Assembly (NCBI GenBank): GCA_019455225.1
Contig: JACFMU010000010.1
Span: 975 to 64,974 of the forward strand
Direction of reading: 5' to 3'
Source of the DNA: Candidatus Hydrogenedentota bacterium
GTDB taxonomy: Bacteria; Hydrogenedentota; Hydrogenedentia; Hydrogenedentales; CAITNO01
Length of the DNA: 64,000 nt
Made by a program: the position numbers and the translations under genes. Of this stretch, positions 53,984 through 61,906 are shown in pieces. The notes under the pieces were generated by a model that worked only from the letters and a program-made list of their open reading frames with translations, ran no database searches and was not told where the DNA came from. Every line of letters starts with the position of its first letter. The stretch's first letter is position 1.

Positions 53984-56356
53984 TCACCGCCTGATGAGCC
54001 ACACCTCGGCGACGCGGGACCGCTGGCGCCAGGGGGTCTCCTTTTCGTCCTCCGGGTGGTCCCAGGTCACGGTCAGTTTGCGGTCTTTCAGAAGTTCGGC
54101 GGGCACGGCGTATTCCTTGATTTCGCCGAGGCCGCGCCCGTCAATCTCCGGCCGAAGCCGCACGCCGTCCGCGGACAGGATTTCCTGGCCGTAGCCGCAG
54201 GTGCGCACACGGTATGCGGCGTCCGGATCGAGGCCCTCGTAGACCGCCGCCTCGGGCCAGTCCATGGTGAGCTGCCACGAGAGGCGCTGGCGGCTCTTGC
54301 CGTCGTCCCACCACCAGAAGAGCGGCTCGGGCCGGGCCTCCTCCGCCGGGTTGCTGAAGAAAACCTCGCTGCGCTGAATCCGGGGGGACTTCGCGGTGTT
54401 GCCAATGTCGTCGTAGAAACTGCCCGGGCCGGGATGCTCCCACAGGGCGATTTCACGGAGGCGGGCCACTTTGTCCGCCTCCACCGCCATTTCAGCCACC
54501 TTCTTGAACTCGTCCTCAAGCCACCAGCGGTTGTTCAGGGGGATGTCAATGAAGTCCAGCGACGCGCCGCGCTCGGCGCCGCTGGCGCCGTATTTCTCCA
54601 CGCTCGACTGGAGGCCGATGGAGTGGAAAAGGTCGTTGTAAAGCTCGATGACACGCTCGCGCAGGCTCTCCAGAGGGGGCTCCGTGTCGGCACGGCCCAG
54701 TATGGCGAGGGCCTCCTCCATGGCCGGTCCCGCGCCCAGGGTGTCCGCGCGGAGCAGCGCGGCGTTGGCCTCGCTTTCCAGGGCGGTCTCATTCAGCAGG
54801 CGCGCGCGGACAAGGGCGTCGTAATATGCCCGGACCAGGCACATCTGCCAGCGCCAGTTGCCCGCCAGTTCCGGTGCAAGGGACTCCAGTTCGCGCCACA
54901 GCCGCAGGGTGCCCATCACGGCGCCGTTGTCCGCGAGGCTGCCGCGCCAGTTGTTCTCCAGGGCGGAAATGCCGTCCGCGGCCATATACGTGACTCCGGG
55001 ACCGAAGAAGACCCGCGTGTAGTCCATGAGTATGTCCCGAAGCGGCGTGGCGGGGTCCCAGGCCAGCGCGCTCCAGACGGTCTTGTTCACGTCGTCATGC
55101 ACGCCGTCCGAGTAGGAGATGAACCCGTCGCAGTAGGGCTGGAACCAGTTGTGGATGTAGGCGTACTGCGCGGGGCGGGGGTTGATGGCCTCGCGCCCGA
55201 GGGTCAGGGCGTAGGCCTGGTCCCACCAGGGCACGGGGTACTGGCAGAGCTTGTTGTGCGTGATGTCGGGGTACATGCGCAGGCCGTAGTGCTTCGGCAG
55301 GCGGTTGCGCAGCAGGGCGATGGGCGGGCTGGACGGCCCCTCGCAGAGCCCGCCCAGCCAGGGCAGGCGGTTCGCGTTGAGGAAGTCGAGGACATAATCC
55401 GTCTGCGCCTCGGTGAACCCCTGGAGGGAGAGCCAGATTTTGGCCTTGGGATGCGCCTTCAGCAGCAGTTTCGAGAGGTCCTCCAGGAAGGGCAGGACCA
55501 GTTCCGGGGGATTGTCGCCCGGGTCGCCGCCGGGGAAGAAGATGCCCGTCAATTCGGGGCAGTCCCGGTAGAGGTCCTCGTGCCGCTTCAGCAGCTCGTC
55601 CCGCTTCTCCGTGTCGTTCAGGTCGAAAGTGGCCGGGGTCCACACCCAGTATTCCAGCCCGTACCGGGCGCATATTTTGCTCATGGCGATGTTCATGTCG
55701 CGCCGGTCCATCTTCATCAGCGGGGCGCGGCGGTCATCCTGGAAGGGGATGTTCTCGATGGCGTTCGCGCCGAAAAAGGCCAGTTCGCGGATGTACTGGT
55801 CGAACTGTGCCGCGTCCCAGGCGTCCCACGAGTTGGCCGCGGCGCGGTAGCCCAACTGGTGCCCCCGTATCGGCGAGACCGGGCTGGTCGTGAAGTTCAG
55901 CGGCCCCGCGAGGCCCAGGCGGCCCGAGCCCCATTCCAGCTTGCGCAGCAGCGCCCCCGCGCCATACAGGACACCGCGCGGGTCCGCGCCCACCACCCAC
56001 ACCACGGGCATGCCCGAGGCGGTGGTGTCGGTGAAGAGGCCGAAGGCGTCTGTCTTGTCCGGGACACCCGCCGGGATGTCATGGCTCCAGCCCTCCACCC
56101 GCGCTTCGGAGGTCAGGGCGATGACGGGCCGGTCGTCCGGCCAGGTGCTGCGCCGCTCCAGGGTGACGCCCGTCCGTTTCGCCACCTCCTCGACGAGCAC
56201 GACGGCGGCGGACTCCTCCGCGGCGGGCAGCTCCCCCGGACGCGACACCAGCACGGCGTTGTTCAGGGAAAGGGGCGCGGCCGCCGCCGCACCAAGCGCC
56301 GAGAGAAGCGCCGCGGCAAGACAGGGCAGGAGACATGCGGTTTTGAAAAAAGTCAT
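53984..56356 (-). CDS. Secreted large hydrolase-like protein (possible glycoside-hydrolase fold, family unassigned)
   Basis: Signal peptide MMTFFKTACLLPCLAAALLSALGAAAA. A ~780-aa multi-domain protein. I cannot assign a CAZy family from motifs alone. Confidence 0.35.
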   Translation of the reverse strand: MTFFKTACLLPCLAAALLSALGAAAAAPLSLNNAVLVSRPGELPAAEESAAVVLVEEVAKRTGVTLERRSTWPDDRPVIALTSEARVEGWSHDIPAGVPDKTDAFGLFTDTTASGMPVVWVVGADPRGVLYGAGALLRKLEWGSGRLGLAGPLNFTTSPVSPIRGHQLGYRAAANSWDAWDAAQFDQYIRELAFFGANAIENIPFQDDRRAPLMKMDRRDMNIAMSKICARYGLEYWVWTPATFDLNDTEKRDELLKRHEDLYRDCPELTGIFFPGGDPGDNPPELVLPFLEDLSKLLLKAHPKAKIWLSLQGFTEAQTDYVLDFLNANRLPWLGGLCEGPSSPPIALLRNRLPKHYGLRMYPDITHNKLCQYPVPWWDQAYALTLGREAINPRPAQYAYIHNWFQPYCDGFISYSDGVHDDVNKTVWSALAWDPATPLRDILMDYTRVFFGPGVTYMAADGISALENNWRGSLADNGAVMGTLRLWRELESLAPELAGNWRWQMCLVRAYYDALVRARLLNETALESEANAALLRADTLGAGPAMEEALAILGRADTEPPLESLRERVIELYNDLFHSIGLQSSVEKYGASGAERGASLDFIDIPLNNRWWLEDEFKKVAEMAVEADKVARLREIALWEHPGPGSFYDDIGNTAKSPRIQRSEVFFSNPAEEARPEPLFWWWDDGKSRQRLSWQLTMDWPEAAVYEGLDPDAAYRVRTCGYGQEILSADGVRLRPEIDGRGLGEIKEYAVPAELLKDRKLTVTWDHPEDEKETPWRQRSRVAEVWLIRR

Positions 56357-56382
56357 CATGGGTTCCTTCTGATGGTTGCGGC

Positions 56383-57414
56383 TCAGGCCTTTCGGGGCGT
56401 CCACGTTTCCTCGCCGCCGGCCAGGGTCTCAAGAAAGGCGGCCTCCCGCTCCGCCAGCCGGTCAATCCACGGCTGCGCGCCGCAGGGCCGGTGTATCCCG
56501 TTTTCGTCCATCCATTGGACGGTCTCCCGCACGCCGTCCTCCCACGGTTTCAGGTCCGTGAACTCCGGCACGTCGGCCTTCAGCGCGGCGTTCGAGTAGG
56601 CCGCGTTGTACTGGAAGTTTTCCCGGAGCATCTGCGTCTGGTCTTTGGGCGCGCCCGCCGCGATTTGGCGCGTGGTCATGGGCACGATGTTCGCCTCGCG
56701 GCCCAGGGCGCGGGCCATGCGCTTGTGGAAATTCCGCCAGTTCATGATCTCGTCGCCGACGACGTTGTAGGCCCTGCCGAGGGTGGCCGGACGGCCCAGC
56801 GCGCCAACAAAGCCCTTGGCCACGTCGTCCACATGCCCCGGCTGCCACAGGCCGCGCCCGTCGCCGGGCACGATGATGGGCCGCCCCTCGCGGATTCGGC
56901 TCACCAGGCAGGGGTTGTACCCCCAGATGTCCAGCAGGGGCTGTCCCGGCCCGTAGCAGTGGGACGGGCGGAATATGGTCACGGGAAACCCGTCCTTCCC
57001 GAAGGCCGCCATGAACACCGCCTCGGCCGCGCTCTTGCCGCGCCCATACTCGCTCACCGGCTTGTGCGGCTCGTCCTCCGTCGCGGGGATGCTGTCCAGC
57101 GGCCCGCCATAGACGCACACGGTGCTGCAGAAGAGATACTGCCCGGTCTTTCCCGAAAACACCTCCACCGCGTGCCGCGCCCGCCCCGCGTCATAGGTGA
57201 TCATGTCAATCACCGCGTCCGCGTTCACGCCGCGAACCTTCTCCGCAAACGCCGTGTTGTCGCCCCGGTCCCCCTTGATGACGCGCGCCTCCCCGCGGAG
57301 ACGGGGCGACGTGGTGCCCCGGTTGAACAGCACCGGCTCATGGCCGCAGTCCAGCAGACGGTTCACAATGGCCGTGCTGATTAATCCAGTTCCGCCGATG
57401 ACAAGCACGCGCAT
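56383..57414 (-). CDS. NAD-dependent epimerase/dehydratase (extended SDR)
   Basis: MRVLVIGGTGLIS Rossmann motif and a YxxxK catalytic dyad (YGRGK). Confidence 0.8.
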   Translation of the reverse strand: MRVLVIGGTGLISTAIVNRLLDCGHEPVLFNRGTTSPRLRGEARVIKGDRGDNTAFAEKVRGVNADAVIDMITYDAGRARHAVEVFSGKTGQYLFCSTVCVYGGPLDSIPATEDEPHKPVSEYGRGKSAAEAVFMAAFGKDGFPVTIFRPSHCYGPGQPLLDIWGYNPCLVSRIREGRPIIVPGDGRGLWQPGHVDDVAKGFVGALGRPATLGRAYNVVGDEIMNWRNFHKRMARALGREANIVPMTTRQIAAGAPKDQTQMLRENFQYNAAYSNAALKADVPEFTDLKPWEDGVRETVQWMDENGIHRPCGAQPWIDRLAEREAAFLETLAGGEETWTPRKA

Positions 57415-57543
57415 GGTTTGATTCCTTGTGTCCGGGTTCCGGGAAAAGGAGCATCCGCCACCATGATAACCCAAGACAGTGGAGAATGGACAACGGATAA
57501 TGGACAGCGGGACGGAATGGACAGGGCGGACAGGGTGGGCGGG

Positions 57544-58206
57544 TTAACGCCGACAGCAGGCGCCGCCGGGGTTCCACGCGCCCACGGCCAGCAGCATCTG
57601 CGCCGTGTAGTACGCCGCCAGACTCGCCAAAAGGCTCGCGGGCGTGGCCGCCGCGTAGCGCGCGTGCATGTACAGGAAGCCCGCCAGCACGAGGCATGCG
57701 GCCCCCGCGAAGGCCGTGCGGTTTTTGGCCACCACGCCGCCCGCCAGCGCGGTGATTATGGTGGCCAGCACGGCGTAGGCCCAGAACACCGGCACCTCCT
57801 CGCGGGGGGACACCTCGCCCGAGAGCCAGCCGAAGAGCGCGGCGTTCACCGCCAGCGCCGCCACCCCCGCAATGAGGACGTGTTTCCAGCGCGGCCGGTC
57901 AAGGAGAAACCCGACGGGCAGGAAGAGGTGCGCCAGAATCATGGTGGCCAGTTGCACCACCATGTCCCCGCGCCCAAAAGTTCCCGCCGCCAGCATGGCC
58001 AGCAGCATGGCGATCACCATGCGCCCGTAACAGGCCGACAGCCCCCGGAGAAGCAGGGCGCCCAACAGGGCCACCGGGGCATACAGCCCCAGGACCCTGC
58101 CCGGGTCGCCCCTAAGTCCGGCCCACATGGCCAGGGGAATCAGGGCCGCCATAAAAACGGCCAGCCCAAACCGCCACTTCGCCGAGGCGACAAACTTGTT
58201 GTTCAT
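57544..58206 (-). CDS. Hypothetical polytopic membrane protein
   Basis: About 6 TM helices. AGGAG RBS before ATG 58206. No diagnostic motifs. Confidence 0.4.
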   Translation of the reverse strand: MNNKFVASAKWRFGLAVFMAALIPLAMWAGLRGDPGRVLGLYAPVALLGALLLRGLSACYGRMVIAMLLAMLAAGTFGRGDMVVQLATMILAHLFLPVGFLLDRPRWKHVLIAGVAALAVNAALFGWLSGEVSPREEVPVFWAYAVLATIITALAGGVVAKNRTAFAGAACLVLAGFLYMHARYAAATPASLLASLAAYYTAQMLLAVGAWNPGGACCRR

Positions 58207-58502
58207 GGGTTGCTCCTGCGGACATTGTAAGAAGAAAACTATTCCGTCGCAAAAAAGATGGCGGGTACAGCCACCTGCGCGGACACGATCAGGTTCTCCG
58301 GGACATGGCCATGGGCCGCGCCGTTGGCAGTCCCCCGCGCTTTTGCCAAGGGGACTGGCAACGGTTGCGCCGACGGCCCGGTACCATATCCACACCCCAA
58401 CTTCGCAACCGGTGCCTGTACCCGCCGCCCTATCCACCGTTTATTAAATGAAAACGCCGCGCCCCGGCGCATCCGGGACGCGGCGCGGCGTCATGCGTCA
58501 GT

Positions 58503-59903
58503 TTAGCAGGGCAGCTCCCAGCCCTTGCGGTATTCCTTGCTCACAATCTGCTCCGGATTGGCGGTGTTGGTGACCACGCCCTTCACATTGTCCCAGTGCA
58601 GCTTCTCGCCGGACTTCACCACGAGGTTGCCGAACTGGACCATCTCGGTGAAGGGGCCCGCGTACTCGAAATTCGAGCAGGGGAGTTTGCCCGTCTTGCA
58701 GCCGCGAATCCAGTCGAAATAGGGGCTCTCGTCCGGGATGCGCTCGATGGTCTCGTCGGGGAACTTGTAGTCCTTCATGTGCTCGACGGGCAGCAGGCGC
58801 GGCTCGCCGCCGTATTCGCCCGCCGTCAGCACGCACTTGTCGCCGACGAAGAACGAGCCGTTCAGGTCCTTGTCGCCGAGCACCGCGTCCGCGGGGACGT
58901 TCGCCGGGCGCGCGGGCCGGTTGTAGACGGGCTGCCCCGCCGCGTCCGGCTCGTGCCCGTCGTACCAGTAGACGTCCACCGGCGGCATGCTCCCCCGCGC
59001 CGGGAAGGAGTACTTGATGGTCGTGACCACCGGGAAGGTCTGGGAGTTGCGCCCGCGCTGCATCACCACCTCGACGGTGTAGTCCGTCGCCTCGACCAGT
59101 TTCAGCGCCATGTAGGCCGGGTCCATGATGTGGCAGGCCATGTCGCCCAGGGAACCGCCGCCGAAGTCCAGCCAGGCGCGCCAGTCGTGCGGGGCGAGCT
59201 TGTGGTTGTACGGGCGCCAGGGCGCGCAGCCGATCCAGCGGTCCCAGTCAAGGTTTTCGGGCGTCTTCTCCGGGGGCAGGGGCTCCGTCATCCCCTGGTT
59301 GTCCCACACCGGGCGGTGCGTCCAGATGTGCGCCTCGCGCACGTCGCCGATGGCGCCGCTCCAGATCATCTCGCACAGGGTGCGCACGCCGTTCCCGCAG
59401 TGGCCCTGGTTGCCCATCTGCGACATCACCCCCGTCTCCTTCGCCGTGTTCTTCAGCAGGCGCGCCTCGGCGACGGTGTGCGTCAGCGGCTTCTGCACGT
59501 AGACGTGCTTGCCCATCTTCATGGCCATGTACGCCGCCGGGGCGTGGGTGTGGTCCGGCGTCGAGATGGTCACCGCGTCAATCTCGGGCATCGCCTCGAG
59601 CATGTTGCGGTAGTCTTTGAACTTCTTCGCGTTGGGCAGGCGGTAGAAGGCCTCCTCCGCGCGGTCCCAGTCCACGTCGCACAGGGCCACCACGTTCTCG
59701 CCCAGCTTGTGGCAGCTCATGATGTCCGACGTGCCCTTGCCGCCCGCGCCGATGGCGGCAATGTTCAGCTTCTCGTTCGGCGACTCCTTGCCCGGCACCA
59801 CCCGCGCCGTGTTCGGCTTGTCGGCGGCCCCCGCCGCGCCCACCGCCACAGTGGTGGTGGCCGCCGCGATGAACGCCCTGCGTGTAAGCATTCCCTGATC
59901 CAT
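58503..59903 (-). CDS. Gfo/Idh/MocA-family oxidoreductase with Tat signal
   Basis: Tat motif LTRRAFIAAATTTVAVGAAGA. Rossmann motif NIAAIGAGGKG. The EKP-like motif is VYVQKPL. Confidence 0.8.
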   Translation of the reverse strand: MDQGMLTRRAFIAAATTTVAVGAAGAADKPNTARVVPGKESPNEKLNIAAIGAGGKGTSDIMSCHKLGENVVALCDVDWDRAEEAFYRLPNAKKFKDYRNMLEAMPEIDAVTISTPDHTHAPAAYMAMKMGKHVYVQKPLTHTVAEARLLKNTAKETGVMSQMGNQGHCGNGVRTLCEMIWSGAIGDVREAHIWTHRPVWDNQGMTEPLPPEKTPENLDWDRWIGCAPWRPYNHKLAPHDWRAWLDFGGGSLGDMACHIMDPAYMALKLVEATDYTVEVVMQRGRNSQTFPVVTTIKYSFPARGSMPPVDVYWYDGHEPDAAGQPVYNRPARPANVPADAVLGDKDLNGSFFVGDKCVLTAGEYGGEPRLLPVEHMKDYKFPDETIERIPDESPYFDWIRGCKTGKLPCSNFEYAGPFTEMVQFGNLVVKSGEKLHWDNVKGVVTNTANPEQIVSKEYRKGWELPC

Positions 59904-60012
59904 TGACCAATTCCTTTGTTGGGGTTGAGGGGAAAAACACAAACTTGCGGACATGATAGCACGCCGCCGTTTTGACCTCCACATGCCGCAATTTGGGGTT
60001 TTACAAATGCGC

Positions 60013-60209
60013 TCCCCCCCCTGCCCCCCCGCAAGCAGGGGGGAATAAGTGGGAGTGCAAGCAGGGGGGATAAAAGAGACGCAAGCAATGGAGATAAAAT
60101 AGATGCAAGCAGGGGCAGCAGTGAGTCAAGCGTAGTGAAGTGCCGTGTCATCTAGGCCAAACCCATGACTCTCCAATCCCCCCTGCTTGCGGGGGGGCAG
60201 GGGGGGGGA
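60013..60209. mobile_element. MITE-like element: ~32-bp G/C-homopolymer terminal inverted repeats enclosing four ~24-bp direct repeats (GCAAGCAGGGGGGA + 10-12 nt)
   Basis: The left terminal repeat CCCCCCCCTGCCCCCCCGCAAGCAGGGGGG is the reverse complement of the right one, TCCCCCCTGCTTGCGGGGGGGCAGGGGGGGGG. Internal repeats start near 60031, 60057, 60081 and 60105. Confidence 0.55.
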
Positions 60210-60304
60210 TACTACCAGCAATGCCCAATATTGCGGCGGCGAAACTTGCCCCCCGCGCGTCCGGTCTATTCCCCGTTGAAAAGCAACCCCAAAGGAGCCC
60301 CGCC

Positions 60305-61639
60305 ATGCGCCGCTTTTTCCCGCTTTGTGCGCTGTTATTGGTTTTGTGCCTCGGTTTTTCCGCCTGCCAGACCGCCGGCAAGGCCCCGGACGCCGCAAAG
60401 GCCCCGGCGGACGGCGGCTCGTTCAATGTGTCCGCCACGGCCACGGCGGACGACGCGAAACTGGCGGACAAGCCGAAAGAGGAGGCCCCGGCGCCTCTCC
60501 CGGCGGACCACTGGCTCGCGGGCACCAGCGACGCGCCGGATATGGTCCCCGCCACCATCGCGGCGCCCGCGCCGCGCGTGCTGCTGCGCGAGCACGGCCC
60601 GGCCTATCTGGAACAAATCGGCGACGAGCGGGTGCTTCACCTCAAGGGCACCCACTATGACATGGGCTTCCAGCACGGTGCGCTGATGAAGGACGAGATC
60701 ATGGAGGCCTCGGCCAAGATTCTGGCCGTGGGCAACTTGTCCTGGAAGGGGAATTTCCAGGCGAGCCTGGACGAGGCGTGGAACCGCACCAGCCCCTTCC
60801 TCCCGGAGAAGTACAAGGAGGAAATCCGGGGCATGGCCGACGCGACGGGGCTCTCGGTGCAGCAGGTGCAGAACTTCACCATCTTCCCCGAGCTCTTCCA
60901 CTGCAGCGGCTTCGCCCTGTGGGGCACGGCCACGGCGGACGGCGAGCTCCTGCACGGGCGCGTGCTGGACTACATGCGCTCGGCGGGGCTGGACAAGTAT
61001 TCCCTGATCATCATCCAGGAGCCGGAGGGCGCGAACGCCTTTGTGAACGTCGCCTATTCGGGCATGATCGGCAGCGTCACCGGCATGAACGACCGGCAGA
61101 TCGGCGTGGGCGAGATGGGCGGCGGCGGCGCTGAGAAATGGGACGGCATGCCCATGACCTTCCTCATCCGCGAGTGCCTGGAGTCCGGCAGCGTGCTGGA
61201 CGACGTGGTGCGCATCATGCGCGACACGGCGCGGACCTGCCAGTACTACTATGTCATCAGCGACGCCAAGGCGGAGAACGGCCGGGGCATGGCCTACGGC
61301 GTGGCCGCGGAGACCGACGGCATCCAGTTCATCGGCCCGAACGAGTTCCACCCGCAGCTTCCCCTGCCGGTGGAGGACGCGGTGCTCCTCTCGGCGGGCG
61401 ACCGCTACCGGGTGCTGGCGGAGCGCGCGAAAAAGATGCACGGGCAGTTCACCCCGCAACTGGCGCTGGACCTGATGGCCCGGGGCGTCTCCATGACCAG
61501 CAACATGCACAACGCCCTCTTCAAGCCGAAGACCATGGAGCTGTGGGTGGCGAACTCCACCGTGCGCCAGCCCGCCTGCAACCGCGCCTACCGCCACTAC
61601 GACATCCGCGCCCTGATGGCCTCAAAGCCGGGGAAATAA
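60305..61639 (+). CDS. Lipoprotein, C45-family (acyl-CoA:6-APA acyltransferase-like) peptidase/acyltransferase fold
   Basis: Lipobox LGFSAC. The motif FHCSGFALWG resembles the autoproteolytic Cys-nucleophile region of C45/Ntn proteins. A low-complexity Ala/Pro linker follows the signal. Confidence 0.5.
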   Translation: MRRFFPLCALLLVLCLGFSACQTAGKAPDAAKAPADGGSFNVSATATADDAKLADKPKEEAPAPLPADHWLAGTSDAPDMVPATIAAPAPRVLLREHGPAYLEQIGDERVLHLKGTHYDMGFQHGALMKDEIMEASAKILAVGNLSWKGNFQASLDEAWNRTSPFLPEKYKEEIRGMADATGLSVQQVQNFTIFPELFHCSGFALWGTATADGELLHGRVLDYMRSAGLDKYSLIIIQEPEGANAFVNVAYSGMIGSVTGMNDRQIGVGEMGGGGAEKWDGMPMTFLIRECLESGSVLDDVVRIMRDTARTCQYYYVISDAKAENGRGMAYGVAAETDGIQFIGPNEFHPQLPLPVEDAVLLSAGDRYRVLAERAKKMHGQFTPQLALDLMARGVSMTSNMHNALFKPKTMELWVANSTVRQPACNRAYRHYDIRALMASKPGK

Positions 61640-61906
61640 CCCCCGGACACGCCGCCGCGGGCACCTTTTCCTGCTCTTGCTTTTGCTCTTCATCTTGCTC
61701 CCGCTTAAAATCCCCCAACGATTTCGGATTCCGCACCCCGGACCCCGCCCAGCCGGGGTCCGGCGGCCCCGGTTGTGCTACACTTTCCGCGCCGTCCGTC
61801 CCCCGGGGCGCCGCTCCGGGAATGCGCCCCGGCACGGCGGCGTTCCGATTTATTGGCAGTCCGGCGCGACGGCCGCAAGCAGTAAAACAACACAAGGAGC
61901 GGATCC

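Noticed and set aside
17586-57545. Interpretation of the 9-bp TGGACRG arrays as DnaA boxes or oriC (recF is nearby)
   Set aside because: Only a TGTGGA partial match to the DnaA-box complement. Arrays are scattered over 40 kb rather than clustered. No dnaA or dnaN in the window.
60031-60130. Mini CRISPR-like reading of the GCAAGCAGGGGGGA direct repeats
   Set aside because: Conserved part is only 14 nt and variable tails 10-12 nt, far below CRISPR repeat and spacer sizes. It is bounded by terminal inverted repeats instead.
61736-61763. GC hairpin CCGGACCCCG-cccagc-CGGGGTCCGG downstream of the C45-like gene as an intrinsic terminator
   Set aside because: Strong 10-bp stem but no following U-tract. 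It may still pause or terminate, but this cannot be supported from sequence alone.
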